Origin: Promethearchaeota archaeon
GTDB taxonomy: Archaea > Asgardarchaeota > Lokiarchaeia > Sigyniarchaeales > SOKP01
Length of the DNA: 64,000 bases
Reading direction: 5' to 3'
NCBI GenBank assembly: GCA_019894975.1
Contig: JAGXNO010000002.1
Location: 64,001-128,000 of the forward strand
The notes beneath the pieces are model-generated. The model worked only from the letters and a program-made list of their open reading frames with translations, was not told the origin of the DNA and did not search any database. This document shows, in pieces, positions 50,018-62,300 of the stretch (position 1 is the stretch's first letter; every line of letters begins with the position of its first letter). A program made the translations under genes and the position numbers.

Positions 50018-50593
50018 TCAAAGACTATTACTTAAGAAGAAATTCCTCCATTGCTTTATGATATTAAATAAGATATCAAACAATTTCTTCTCAGAAATTG
50101 TCAATCTACGTTCATCATCTAAAGATAATTCGGTTTTAGCTAGTTTTATTAATTTTAACAACCGATTATCTACAATACTCAATAAGTATGAATTATATCT
50201 ATCGAGATTAATCTGAGGTTTTTTTTTTTTTTTAATGTCTTCTACCATAAATTGTTTAAATTCCTTAACTTTGCTTAAGAAAAAATTGTCACTGGGGTGA
50301 ATTAATTTCTGATCATCTCTTTCACTTATAGCATACCTCTGCACATCAACATTATCACATTTTTCCTGCTGAATTATCTCTAAGATGTCATTTTGCATAA
50401 AAGGAACAGCAGAAAATAACTTCATTTTATATTTATTCCCTTTCTCATAAGGACCAAATGATTCCCCAAATAATTTAAACCCATTATGACTTTTAATGCA
50501 CTCAGTAGTGATTATTTCATTTTTAAAGATAAAATTTATTCTATTTAGTGAACTTACAAAGCCTTCTTCAATGGTTTCCAAATAATTTCTCAC
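50018..50593 (-). CDS. GINS23-type (Psf2/Psf3-like) replication protein
   Basis: N-terminal beta domain with FGPY; C-terminal RLLKLIKLA...LTISEKKLF...QWR helix pattern; near mcm. Confidence 0.7.
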   Translation of the reverse strand: MRNYLETIEEGFVSSLNRINFIFKNEIITTECIKSHNGFKLFGESFGPYEKGNKYKMKLFSAVPFMQNDILEIIQQEKCDNVDVQRYAISERDDQKLIHPSDNFFLSKVKEFKQFMVEDIKKKKKPQINLDRYNSYLLSIVDNRLLKLIKLAKTELSLDDERRLTISEKKLFDILFNIIKQWRNFFLSNSL

Positions 50594-50688
50594 TAGACTT
50601 ATTAAATTTTAATAACTTTATACTATATACAAACGTAATACAAGAAATATAATCTTAATATTAAATTATTAATATTCTATAAAAATTT

Positions 50689-53600
50689 GTGAAAATCTTG
50701 ATTATTGAAATAATTCTTTTAATAATTTTTCTCATTTTTTTTGCTTTTGGATTCTTTCTTATATATCGACAAGTTGCTTTAGTAAAAAGGGGAGAGTTCC
50801 GTAATAAAGATAGATTTCAGTGTATTATTTATGGTTTTATTTTTAGTCTAGCGATTATGGTTGTCGTTGCGGTAGGCTTTATTTTTGCTGTAAAAACACC
50901 AGAATTATGGCCAAATACTCCTCCAAATATTAACCCTTTAGTCTTATTAATACCATTCATGTTTAGCCTAGCATATATGACGGTTTATCCCCTTATAGAT
51001 TTTTTGTTTATTGCCTTAAGTAAAGAATCTGATGAGGGATTGACTCCTTTTCAAAGATTTATTAGTTTAAAAGTCATAAACAAATTTAATAAAAAACTAG
51101 TAGCAGTATTGATTGCCCTTTCTTTCTATTTATTAGTATTTATTCTTCCACCAATCATCTTATCAATAATAGGATTACCATTTATAATGATATGGATAAG
51201 CTGGATGCTCGTTTATCCTTTAATGATTCTTACCTTCTATGGCTCAAAAGGATATATAGCAGGAATTTCCAATGCCTATTATCATATTCCTTATATTAGT
51301 CGATCAATGTTTCTCAATTTCGAAGATCCCAAAAGAGGTTTTAAACAGTTTTTCTCTGAACCGGGTCATTATATAATTTTAGGACTAATGTTATTTGTAT
51401 TTGTTTGGGCATGGATTTCTTTATTTCAAACTATCGGTTTCTTTTTTACTGGATCATTAGCCATTTCAACGATGTCTTCTGTCTTTGTCTTTGTTACTTT
51501 ATTTTTTGGAATAATTGGATACTTTACTCGATTTTGGGGAAGGAAAATTAAGTATCGGGGGATCGACATCTACTTTGCTGCTTATTTAATGGCATGTATA
51601 GGTATCAATGTCCTTGTAAATTTTTTAATTGTAAACCCAAGTAAATTGTTTGATACCTTCAATTTATGGAATATCACTAGTCAAATTAACGCCAATTCAG
51701 AAATGTTCGCATGGGCGGCAGTCATTGAGGAAATCGTCCTAATAATATTCACTTCTTACTTTTTACTAGCTCGGAAAAACGAATTTATAAGAAATATTAA
51801 ATTCTCAAAGATAACTGAATCTGGACAGTCTTTTGATCCTATTCCTTTATTCAATTTCATTAAAAATTCTGATCCTAAAATTAGAAAAAATGCAGAAGAG
51901 GCATTAATATTAATGTTTGAAAGAATTCCCTTAAAATCAGATATCGATCTTAATAATTGGAAATTTAAAAACTCGTTACTAGACGGGTTATGCGATTCTG
52001 ATATCGATACAAGAAGGATAAGTTATCAAATTTTCGAACAGCTTAGCAAAGATATTCCTGAGGTTATACTTCCATGGATAATTGAATCATTAGAATCTCC
52101 GAATTATGAAAAAAACATTCCAGTATTAAAAATTCTAATAAACACCGATAAATTCTTTCTTGAAAATATACCTCAAGATATAATTTTTAGCCTATTAGAA
52201 GAACCAGAGTGGAGACTTAAATTATATGGATTAAAACTATTTTCACGATTATTAAAAGGGAAAACAGATTTAATTCAAAAGGTTAATTTTAGAAAATTCA
52301 TGAATGACCCTAATAGCAAGATTCAAATAGAAATTTTAAACATCTTAGCTGAATCTTCAACGAGTCTTCCTTATGATATAATTATTGATAAGATTTTTAA
52401 TGCAAACAATGAGATAAGAGCTGCTGCCATTAAAAATTTGAAAAATCTAAGCAAAGAAGGATTAGATGAAAAAATTGTCTTAAAAATCATCCCAGCTATG
52501 AAAGATCCCTCAAGTTCAGTTAGGGCTTCGATCTTCGGTATTTTCGCAAATGTAGGGAGATTTAAAAAAAATAAAATTCCCCTTTTACCTCTTCTTGAGG
52601 GATTAAGTGATTTTGATGAAGAAGTTAGGAATGCCGCTATTTTAGCATTAATGAAATATTATGAAGAGATCCCAAATCAACTAAATTTGGATGAGATAAT
52701 AAACAAAATTGATCCCAGTAATATTGAAACACTAAACACTATATTAAGCTTGCTTGGAAGACTTTGGAAACATAACCCTGAAAAAGTTTTAACAACTTTA
52801 TTGGAATATATCAAATTTGAGGATGATCAATTAAAAAAAAACATTTCAAATATTCTGGTTGAAAATTATCCTATTAATCCAGATTTAATTATTCAAAATT
52901 TAATTGGTATACCTGACGATTCTGGTTATTTAACAAAAGGAACTATTGCTAAAACTTTTATTGAAATAGGTAGAAAAGATCCTCTAAATTTAATTAAAAA
53001 ACTCATTGATTTCTTAAAAAGTAATAATATCGATGTTAAATTAAACGTTATTAACGTTATTGGGGGATTAGTTGATGATTTACCAAGTAGTATTGATATC
53101 AAACCAATTTTGACAATAATGCAGGAAGATCAAAACAAACAACTGAAAAAAGAAGCCTCAAAATTAATTTCAAGAATTGCTAAAAATGATCCTAATGTTG
53201 TAAAACCTTTAATATCCGAATTCATGAAGTCAATAAGTAATCAAGACTCCTCTGTACAGATTGTACTTTTTAGATCATTACTAGAAATTGCATCTGTGTC
53301 TCCAGAATTAATACCAATAGATACAATAATCAATCATTTATCAGACTCAGACTCCTTCATCCGTGAAACAAATACAAAAATACTTGGACTTATCGGTTAT
53401 CGAAATCCAATAAGAGTTGTTGATGTATTAATAAATATTGCATTAAATGATGAGGAATGGATTGTTCGGGAAGCAGGTGTTTCGAGTCTGGGGAATATTG
53501 TTAGTGTTATTGAGGATAAGAAACAGATTATTGAAAAACTTTCTTCTCTACTTAGCAATGAGGAAAGTTGGGTTCTTAGATCGGTGTTGATAATATTATC

Positions 53601-54036
53601 TAAAATACAAGAAGTTAATGAAGAATACGTGCCTTTTGGAATTCTAGTTAAAAGTATAAGGAGTAATGATCCTAAAGTAAGAGAAGCTTCAGCAAAATTG
53701 TTAAATATTTATAGCAATCAGATTGATGAAATTTTTGATGATATTATTATATTATTGGGTGATAATGTAGAAGAAGTAAGAACCAGTACAATTAATAGTC
53801 TAGTTAAAATTATCCAAGAAGTAGGAATAAATCGAATATTATCGAAACTTCTAAAAAACCTTAGTGATGAAGGTACCATTGAAATTCAGCGGTCAATAGC
53901 TTTACTTTTTGGTCGCACCGCTCAGTATGAAGACGAAAAAACAAGAAAGAGAATTGTTTCATTACTAAAAATCCGGTGTGAAATGAGTCAAGATCCAATT
54001 ATCTGCAACATTCTGCAGAAATTAAAAGAAGGATAA
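50689..54036 (+). CDS. polytopic membrane protein fused to a long HEAT-repeat solenoid
   Basis: ~9-10 TM segments in the first ~360 aa, then repeated D..xxVR..A HEAT units. Confidence 0.85.
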   Translation: MKILIIEIILLIIFLIFFAFGFFLIYRQVALVKRGEFRNKDRFQCIIYGFIFSLAIMVVVAVGFIFAVKTPELWPNTPPNINPLVLLIPFMFSLAYMTVYPLIDFLFIALSKESDEGLTPFQRFISLKVINKFNKKLVAVLIALSFYLLVFILPPIILSIIGLPFIMIWISWMLVYPLMILTFYGSKGYIAGISNAYYHIPYISRSMFLNFEDPKRGFKQFFSEPGHYIILGLMLFVFVWAWISLFQTIGFFFTGSLAISTMSSVFVFVTLFFGIIGYFTRFWGRKIKYRGIDIYFAAYLMACIGINVLVNFLIVNPSKLFDTFNLWNITSQINANSEMFAWAAVIEEIVLIIFTSYFLLARKNEFIRNIKFSKITESGQSFDPIPLFNFIKNSDPKIRKNAEEALILMFERIPLKSDIDLNNWKFKNSLLDGLCDSDIDTRRISYQIFEQLSKDIPEVILPWIIESLESPNYEKNIPVLKILINTDKFFLENIPQDIIFSLLEEPEWRLKLYGLKLFSRLLKGKTDLIQKVNFRKFMNDPNSKIQIEILNILAESSTSLPYDIIIDKIFNANNEIRAAAIKNLKNLSKEGLDEKIVLKIIPAMKDPSSSVRASIFGIFANVGRFKKNKIPLLPLLEGLSDFDEEVRNAAILALMKYYEEIPNQLNLDEIINKIDPSNIETLNTILSLLGRLWKHNPEKVLTTLLEYIKFEDDQLKKNISNILVENYPINPDLIIQNLIGIPDDSGYLTKGTIAKTFIEIGRKDPLNLIKKLIDFLKSNNIDVKLNVINVIGGLVDDLPSSIDIKPILTIMQEDQNKQLKKEASKLISRIAKNDPNVVKPLISEFMKSISNQDSSVQIVLFRSLLEIASVSPELIPIDTIINHLSDSDSFIRETNTKILGLIGYRNPIRVVDVLINIALNDEEWIVREAGVSSLGNIVSVIEDKKQIIEKLSSLLSNEESWVLRSVLIILSKIQEVNEEYVPFGILVKSIRSNDPKVREASAKLLNIYSNQIDEIFDDIIILLGDNVEEVRTSTINSLVKIIQEVGINRILSKLLKNLSDEGTIEIQRSIALLFGRTAQYEDEKTRKRIVSLLKIRCEMSQDPIICNILQKLKEG

Positions 54037-54218
54037 ATAATTAAGGACTATTCCCTAAAGTGGCATTACTAAATCTTTTCTCTCCTATATTTTTTAACTT
54101 TACAGATTTATTCACAGTTTAATAACCTATCCCTTAATATCAGCATTAAAATAATATCAAATAAATAAATAAAATATTCGATTTAATAAAATTAGAGTGA
54201 TTTAACACGACAACCCCA

Positions 54219-56336
54219 TTGACAAACCCTACAATTCCAGTAAACAGAATTCAGAAGTTTGAAGAATTTTATCGGCTATTTCAAGAAAAACCTGGAGAAT
54301 ATAAATACTTGGATCAAATTAACGATATATTTTCAAAAGGAGGAAATACGTTACTTGTCCTTTATGAGGATTTGTTAGCATTCGACCCCCAAATTGCAGA
54401 AAAACTAAAGAAAGATCCCGAAGCCTTATTGGAAGATGCCTTAGAGGCATTTAAAAATATTTTGAAATTCCAAGGTATAGTATTAAATGATCAAAATTAT
54501 TTTGTTAGGATAACAACTAAAGATGACAAGAGTTCATTATTCATACATCTTAGAGGGCTAAGAGCAGACGATATTGATAATCTCATTTGGACTAAAGGAA
54601 TCTTGGTTAGATGTTCAACTATCAGGCCAAAATTAATTAAAGCCACTTTTGAATGCGCAATATGTAGTAGTCAATTTGAAGTAATTCAACTAACTTCGAG
54701 GATAAAATGGCCAAATTTTTGTAATGATCAACATTGCAAAGCTAAAGCTCAATCAGATTTTAGACTTATATCTAAGAATTCAGAATTTATTGATTGGCAA
54801 AGTATTATGCTCCAAGAAATTCCTGAAGATTTACCACCAGGAAGAATTCCAAGATCAGTTCAAGCAATTCTTACTCATGATCTAGTTGATGCTGTTAAAC
54901 CTGGAGACAGAATAAAAGCAATGGGTATATTTAAATCTGTTTTAGCTCAATCAAAACAAAGCTATAATTCAACTTTATTTAAAACATTTATCGATATCAA
55001 TTATATAGATCCTGAAGATAAAACTGAAGATCTTATTGAATTATCAAAGGAGGATAAAAAGAAAATCGAAGAATTATCAAAAGAACCATTGATTCAAAAG
55101 AAAATCGCACGGTCAATTAGCCCTAATATATATGGTCGAGAACAATTAAAAATGGCTTGTGCATTAAGTCTATTTGGAGGAACAAGAAGAAAAAAGCCCG
55201 GGGGTGGATATAAAAGAGGAGATCTTCATTTTCTTGTGGTAGGCGATCCTGGTACAGGAAAGTCAGAAATATTAAAAGGAGCCGTCGACGTTTCACCAAG
55301 GGGGTTATACACTTCTGGAAAAGGCTCAACAGGCGTTGGTCTTACGGCTGCTGTAATAAAAGAAGGTGATACTGGTCAGATGAACCTTGAAGCTGGTGTT
55401 ATTGTCTTAGCAAATGGTGGTGTTGCTGCAATCGATGAATTCGATAAAATGGATACAGCAGATCGCTCAGCTTTACACGAAGCAATGGAACAACAAACAG
55501 TAAGTATAGCAAAAGCAGGAATAGTTGCTACTTTAAAAGCACAAACCGCAATAATTGCAGCAGCTAATCCGCATTCTGGAAGGTATGACAGATACAAGAC
55601 ACCGACTCAAAACATTCGGTTACCACCATCTCTTTTATCTCGATTTGATCTGATTTTTGTTGTCGTTGATAGACCTAATAAGTCAGAAGATGCTCAAATG
55701 GCAGAATTTATATTAAAAAACTCGATGGTTAAACCAGAAGATAATTTTGAAGATTTGGATGAATCCACTGCACCAATACCCAACGATCTCCTCAAGAAAT
55801 ACATTAAACATGCAAGAAGAACATATCACCCCATCTTAACAAATGAAGCTAAAGAAAGAATCAAAGAGTTTTATCTGAATTTAAGGAACCAGTATGATAG
55901 TGAAGATGCGATTATTTCGATTTTAGCAAGAAACTTAGATGCTTTGGTAAGATTAAGCGAAGCACACGCAAAAATGGCTTTAAGAGACTCAGTGAAAAGA
56001 GAAGATGTTGAGGAAATTATCAAGCTATTTAAAAGATATCTTAAAGATACAGGTTATGATGAGACTACGGGTAAAATTGATATGGATAGAATTTTCGTGG
56101 GTCAATCGAGAAGTAATCTAAATAGACTTGAATCTTTAATGAACCGATTGAAAGAAATATTTGATGAGAATAATTGGAGATCTCTTGACAAAAGTAATGT
56201 AGTTCAAATCTTGGAACTGGAGGAGAATTTAGATAAAAAATTTATTGAAAACGCGCTTCAAGAACTAATAAACGAAGGTACCCTTTATGAGCCAAAGAGC
56301 AACTTTATAAAATTCACGAATAATGACGCTCTCTAA
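54219..56336 (+). CDS. mcm: replicative helicase MCM
   Basis: Zn finger, GDPGTGKSE, IDEFDKM, EAMEQQ, LLSRFD; no intein. Confidence 0.97.
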   Translation: MTNPTIPVNRIQKFEEFYRLFQEKPGEYKYLDQINDIFSKGGNTLLVLYEDLLAFDPQIAEKLKKDPEALLEDALEAFKNILKFQGIVLNDQNYFVRITTKDDKSSLFIHLRGLRADDIDNLIWTKGILVRCSTIRPKLIKATFECAICSSQFEVIQLTSRIKWPNFCNDQHCKAKAQSDFRLISKNSEFIDWQSIMLQEIPEDLPPGRIPRSVQAILTHDLVDAVKPGDRIKAMGIFKSVLAQSKQSYNSTLFKTFIDINYIDPEDKTEDLIELSKEDKKKIEELSKEPLIQKKIARSISPNIYGREQLKMACALSLFGGTRRKKPGGGYKRGDLHFLVVGDPGTGKSEILKGAVDVSPRGLYTSGKGSTGVGLTAAVIKEGDTGQMNLEAGVIVLANGGVAAIDEFDKMDTADRSALHEAMEQQTVSIAKAGIVATLKAQTAIIAAANPHSGRYDRYKTPTQNIRLPPSLLSRFDLIFVVVDRPNKSEDAQMAEFILKNSMVKPEDNFEDLDESTAPIPNDLLKKYIKHARRTYHPILTNEAKERIKEFYLNLRNQYDSEDAIISILARNLDALVRLSEAHAKMALRDSVKREDVEEIIKLFKRYLKDTGYDETTGKIDMDRIFVGQSRSNLNRLESLMNRLKEIFDENNWRSLDKSNVVQILELEENLDKKFIENALQELINEGTLYEPKSNFIKFTNNDAL

Positions 56337-56343
56337 GTTTTTA

Positions 56344-56865
56344 TTAGTCTTGTAGGATTGCTTGTTTAGATAACTTTAAAAATGCTAATTCTACATTATC
56401 TCCTGTTTTTGCAGAAGTGAACAAAATCAAATCCGTTTTAATGCGTTTTCCTAACGAGATAATTTCCTGTTCTTCTATTTTATTTAATAAGTCCTTTTTA
56501 TTGGCAAGTAAAATAATTGGAACGTGTGAGCAATAGTTATTTATATCTTGTACCCAAAACTTCTCAATTTGATCAAATGTGTTTTTCCTGTTCAGATCCC
56601 CCACAATTATTACACCTTTAGCCCCTGAATAATATGAGTGCCGCATATTAATCCACCGTTCTTGTCCTGCAATATCCCAAAGTTGAAGAGTTACTATCTT
56701 ATTATCTTCTAACACAACTTTTTTTGTATAGATATTAGTACCAATACTGGAGCGATAATCTTTCGAAAATTTACCCGTTATAAACTTTTTGACTAAACTG
56801 GTTTTGCCAACTGCCGGTTCTCCTATAATAATAATTTTTAATGTGATTTTCTTAGCATTGGTCAT
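56344..56865 (-). CDS. Rab-like small GTPase
   Basis: GEPAVGKTS, WDIAGQE, NKKD, TSAKTG; no C-terminal prenylation Cys. Confidence 0.93.
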   Translation of the reverse strand: MTNAKKITLKIIIIGEPAVGKTSLVKKFITGKFSKDYRSSIGTNIYTKKVVLEDNKIVTLQLWDIAGQERWINMRHSYYSGAKGVIIVGDLNRKNTFDQIEKFWVQDINNYCSHVPIILLANKKDLLNKIEEQEIISLGKRIKTDLILFTSAKTGDNVELAFLKLSKQAILQD

Positions 56866-56982
56866 ATATAATTATCCCTATGAAAAAAGTTTATTAAGTT
56901 TATACATAAATATTAAAATTATTATGTCCTTAAAATTTACAAAGGAATTAATTCTTTAAGAAGAAGTTAGGGTGTATATTTT

Positions 56983-58074
56983 ATGACAGTTGGGATTGTT
57001 TATGACCCTATTTATTTAGATCATCAAACAGGATCTGATCCAGAGAATCCAAGTAGATTAGTAACGATAATGAATTTTTTGGAAGAGAAGGGAGTGCTTG
57101 ATGACCCAAGCTTTCAAATCATAAAGCCAAGAAAAGCTAGTTTAGATCAAATAAGATATGTGCATGATGATAAATTAATAAGAGAAATACAAAAAATCTG
57201 CGAATTAAGCGAAAAAACTCAACATATTCAATATTTAGATGCCGATACAGCAGCTTCTCCTAAAACATTTGAAGCATCGCTATATTCCGTGGGGGGTAAT
57301 TTACAGGCGGCTGATGAAATATTAGATGGAAATATTAGGAATGCTTTTGCGTTAGTAAGACCTCCTGGACATCATTCCAACACCCATAGGTTTGCTGGTT
57401 TTTGTATCTTCAACAATATTGCCGTGACTGCTGAATATCTTTTTAGAGAAAAAGGCATAAAAAGGATTGCTCTAATTGATTGGGATTGTCATCATGGTAA
57501 TGGAACCCAAGATATTTTTTATTACGGTTCAGAATCAGAATCAGGTGAACTTGTGTTGTTCAATTCTCATCAATATGGTTATTTTTATCCTGGAAGCGGA
57601 AATTATGATGAGATCGGTATAGGGAAAGGAGCGGGAAAAATTATTAATTATCCCATGCCTGCAGGAAGTTCCGATGATGTTATTCCGCGATTTTTTAATG
57701 AAATAATTTCCCCCATATGTGATGAGTTTAAACCAGAATTTATCCTCATCTCCGCAGGATTTGATACTCATTGGACAGATGGGTTAACAGACATGAATTG
57801 GACATACCATGCTCCTGCTAAATATTTAGCGATGATAAAAACTATCGCACATAAATATGCAAATGATAGAATACTCATAACACTCGAAGGGGGATATGCT
57901 GTTGATAAACAAGCACGGGCAGTATATAATTGTTTAAAAGTCCTTAATAATGAAGATGATAAACTACTAATGGAAGAAATGAGATCATCCAGAACAGAAC
58001 TGTTAGAATATTTTAGTGAAAGGTTAATCCCTGCATTAAAAGATAAACTAAAACCCTTTTGGAATTGCTTCTAA
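56983..58074 (+). CDS. histone deacetylase family (class II-like) Zn amidohydrolase
   Basis: RPPGHH, GFCIFNN, DWDCHHGNGTQ, SAGFD, LEGGY. Confidence 0.95.
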   Translation: MTVGIVYDPIYLDHQTGSDPENPSRLVTIMNFLEEKGVLDDPSFQIIKPRKASLDQIRYVHDDKLIREIQKICELSEKTQHIQYLDADTAASPKTFEASLYSVGGNLQAADEILDGNIRNAFALVRPPGHHSNTHRFAGFCIFNNIAVTAEYLFREKGIKRIALIDWDCHHGNGTQDIFYYGSESESGELVLFNSHQYGYFYPGSGNYDEIGIGKGAGKIINYPMPAGSSDDVIPRFFNEIISPICDEFKPEFILISAGFDTHWTDGLTDMNWTYHAPAKYLAMIKTIAHKYANDRILITLEGGYAVDKQARAVYNCLKVLNNEDDKLLMEEMRSSRTELLEYFSERLIPALKDKLKPFWNCF

Positions 58075-58192
58075 TATCAGTTCTTCAAAATAATTTTATC
58101 CCGTACTTATGCATTAATTTATAAACTTAAATTCCATATTTATGTTAAAAAACTAAATAATTGAGTTTAAAAAAAAAATTAAGGAGATTAAT

Positions 58193-59095
58193 TTGTCGTA
58201 CGAATATGAGAGAGATGATGAAGAAGAAAAGAAAAAAGAATCATTAACACCTCCTTCAATGCCACCCCCTTCACAAGCACCACCCCCTTCGCAACCTCCA
58301 CCATTTACACCACCTCCTTCAATGCCACCTCCACCACAACCTCCCGCACCTAGTTATGAACCAACTCCACAACCTACTTATGAGCCGACACCAGCACCCA
58401 TATCCGCTCCTGCACAAACAGTTTCTGTGGGACCCTCACAACAAGAATATGATTCTGTTTTAAGTCAACTCCAAGATAAAGATTCTACTGTAAATCAATT
58501 ACAAAGTAAAATAAATGAAGTTAATTCACAATTTTCTACATTAAATGCCCAGCTTATCGAAAAAGATAATCATATCAGTCGATTGACTAATCAAGTTCAA
58601 TCTCTTCAATCCTCATTAGAAGGGTACCAACAGCAAGTAACTCAACTTATAGATGAAAAGGCGCAATTACAAGCACATATCCCTGGCTTACAACAACAAG
58701 TTCAGGAATTACAACAACATAATTCAATGCTACAGCAACAAATAGGACCATTACAAACCCAAATATCAAAATTACAAGAAGAAATCACCTATAAGGAAAG
58801 ACGTATTGAAGAATTAAAAGAACCTAAAGCAGTAATGCCATCCAGCTTAGCACAAGGAATTACTTCACAAGATACACCTGGTTACGGAACAACCCCCTCT
58901 TATTCAACTTCTACCCCCTCAGCAGCTCCTAGTCCTGCTATGCAATCAGGGACCGGAAGAAGAATCTGCCCCAACTGTGGTGCATCAGGTTTTGCTGTAA
59001 AAGAAATTGAAGATAAATCACGGATAATTAGTTACATACCAAAACCTATATATGCGAAGAAGCAAGTCTGCACGAAATGCGGTTTTGAGTTTTAA
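58193..59095 (+). CDS. proline-rich / coiled-coil / C-terminal zinc-ribbon protein
   Basis: Polyproline N-terminus, Q-rich heptads, CPNC...CTKC; GGAG SD before TTG. Confidence 0.85.
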   Translation: MSYEYERDDEEEKKKESLTPPSMPPPSQAPPPSQPPPFTPPPSMPPPPQPPAPSYEPTPQPTYEPTPAPISAPAQTVSVGPSQQEYDSVLSQLQDKDSTVNQLQSKINEVNSQFSTLNAQLIEKDNHISRLTNQVQSLQSSLEGYQQQVTQLIDEKAQLQAHIPGLQQQVQELQQHNSMLQQQIGPLQTQISKLQEEITYKERRIEELKEPKAVMPSSLAQGITSQDTPGYGTTPSYSTSTPSAAPSPAMQSGTGRRICPNCGASGFAVKEIEDKSRIISYIPKPIYAKKQVCTKCGFEF

Positions 59096-59348
59096 GATAG
59101 CAGTTTTCAATTGGAGCTCTGTTTATTTTCTCCCGAACAATATTTTTCTTTCTTGTTTTTCATAAATTATTAATAGGTTGTGAATGTAAAAGTACTTCTT
59201 ACACTATATCATTAAAAATTGCCTCAACTTTCTACTTAAAAACCACTTTTAAAAAATTATTACATTTAAAAGAATTGGTGGAAAATTATATATAGTATAA
59301 TTAAGATTATAATTTCAATTGGAAATTAACAGCTCATTGTAGTTTAAT

Positions 59349-62300
59349 ATGTCGGATATAAGGGATGAATTGTTAGGGAGCACTATTAATAAAAAGAGAG
59401 TAATTGGGGTAATATTAGTAGCTCTGTTGTTAGTTTCCGTATTTGCTTTCTCAACAGCTTTCTTTAGTTTTTTATTCAACTCACAAAGACCAAGTCCTAA
59501 TAAACAAAAAGATGGATTGGATTATGAGTACGCCGATCCAACACCTCCTCCTTACCCTTTTGATGAAGATTTCTGGCAAGATTTACTCGATCAAGTTGAT
59601 CCCGAAGATATTCCAGAGCTTCTTGATATGCTAGAAGAGATGTTTGATGGGGATATTGATGATTTAGATCTCGGTAATTTTTCTGAAGGATTACTTGATC
59701 TATTATTTTCTGGAGCAGGTGAAATGGAAGTATTTCGAGTTTATGATTATTTATCGTTTTCTAATATGTCAGATGTGTTATGGAAGTATGAAAGTTTTGA
59801 TCAATATACCGGTACAGGTTGGGAATCCACAGCTGGTTCTGATCCTTATAATTTTTTCACTTACGGGGATTATTATTCCAATTACTTCCCCGATCCTGAA
59901 CTTTTAACTCTAAAGATGCCAATATCTCCAAATATTGGATCCAATAACCTGATAATGCCTTCATTATTTTCTATTCCCTTTATTATGGAAGGCAGTATTT
60001 CTGCTCCAAATTTAACTGGTTCAGAACAATTATACAAAACTGATTTTAATTCTACAACAATGGAACTTTCTTTTACATCAGATGTTGATATCAATATGAC
60101 TTTTGAATTATTTGGAGAACATCTTAAGTCTCCTTTTATAATTAATAGTTCCGCGGTGGAAGCAAGTTGGACTCCTGCTCCCATACAAAGCAAATATCTT
60201 CAATTACCTCCCACTATTGAGGTTTATAAAAGCAATAATCCATACTTTTCAAATCACACAGACATTTTAAATCAGACAATTATAGATGCTAATGATAATG
60301 CATTTGAAGTAGCTGACAAGATTAGGATATATTTGCAAACTCAATTTTCCTTTCCAATGTCTGCTGATGATTATGATCCTGCTCCAGATGGTATGGATGT
60401 TGTAGAATGGTTCTGTGAAACTCAACAGGGTGTCTGGTCTGATTTTGCTTCGGCTTTTTGTGCATTTACTCGAGCTTTTGGGGTATCGAGTCGATTTATT
60501 GATGGTTTTAATAGTATATTGATCGAAGAATTTTTTGATAATGATGAAGGGAAGGATGGATTTGCAATTAAATATAAAAATCTTTATAGTTGGTCAGAGA
60601 TTTTTGTTCCCACAGATGTTTCAGGGAATGGAGAATGGGTCCAAATAGATGTTTTTGATAGCTTTGGAGCAGGGGGGAATCCATTTTTGGGGGGGAATTA
60701 TAATATTACAGTCACACCAAATAAATTTTGGGCTAATAGACCAGATGTGATAAATATAACAGCTACCATGTCTTCCAATGTAGGAGATCCAATAGATAAT
60801 AATAGATTAACTTTTACTGATTTGACTACTGGTCAAGAAATCGGTCAAGATTACACAGATTCATTTGGGAATGCATCAGTTCTTTACAATATTAACAATT
60901 CTCACGTGATAGGACCACATATAATCGAAGCAAGATATGATTTCTTTACCGCAGGGTTAAACCTCATAACAATCTTAGGTAATATAGGAGTCAACCTTAC
61001 AAATGTAAATCCTATGTTGGTGAATCGTTCCGATGCTCTTCCAGACGCAGTCAATATTCAGGGTAATTTATATGATCCCTTAAATAATGAGCGAGTTATG
61101 GATGCAAGTGTCAATATCCTGTTGTTTCAAATAGGGACAAGTACTCAAGAATTTGGTGCATTTATTCCGTCTTCAATATTAACAGATAATAATGGTGTGT
61201 TTGATGCTCTTTTAGATTTAAATCCCTCAGTTTCAGCAGGGCAATATGAGGTCAGAGCAGATTTTAATGGGACATGGATATTGTATGGCTTTCCTTTCAA
61301 TGTTCCTACTATTAATGATTCAAGTACTAGAATTGGTTTAAATGTTACTACTGCGTTAACCACTTGGTTTTATATTGATGGTGTAGCATCAGGTAATCCT
61401 AACTTACCATCTGTTGCGCGTTATCAAACTTTAAATCTTACAGCAAGAGTGATAGAAGAAAGTTTTGGTCCAGTTTCTAATAAAAGAGTATATTTTTTTG
61501 ATTATACTAGAGGAGGAATCCCAATTGGATCCGATGTTTCAGATGCACAAGGTTACGCCTCAATTAATTATTTAGTTGGGGATAATAGTTCAACAGGACC
61601 AAATTTATTATATTCAACAATTGGTTCACAAACCAATTTTTCATATTATGTTTTAAATGAAGAACCTATAATTCATGCTATTTCGGGTCCAAATCCCCAA
61701 GTTATTAATCGTACTGGGGCGGGAATTACCCAATTTAATATTATAGGGAATATTACTGAAAGTGGGGATATAACTAAACCCCTCAGTTACTCAGTAATTA
61801 CTTTAACATTGTTAAATGGTGGATCTAATTATTCAGCATATTTAGTCCCATTAGAAGGTTATCCATATCAAACAGATTCATCTGGCTATTTTGATCTGAC
61901 TTTTGGAGTTGCTCCAAATACACCTCCTGGAAATTATACCCTAAGATTGGATTTCAATGGAACTGTTAACTTAATGAGCTATCCTTATCCTTACCTTTTT
62001 AATTTACCTTATATTAATACCTCTTCATTTTATAGTTTTGATTTAGAGGTTCAAGCTGATTCTTCTTTCTTATTTTGGATAGATGGTCAGCCTTCTGATG
62101 ATGCTTACAATCCGATAATTAACAGAAATGATATCTTAAATCTCACAACCTATATCCATCATGCAGGTACTCCTATTGTAAATGGAGAGTGGGTTTATTT
62201 CTTTGATGCTACTCAAGATAATCTATTCATTGGTGCTGATCAAACAAACGCAGGATACGCTCAAGTCTTTTATTCCACAAACTTAAGCACAACAGCCGGA

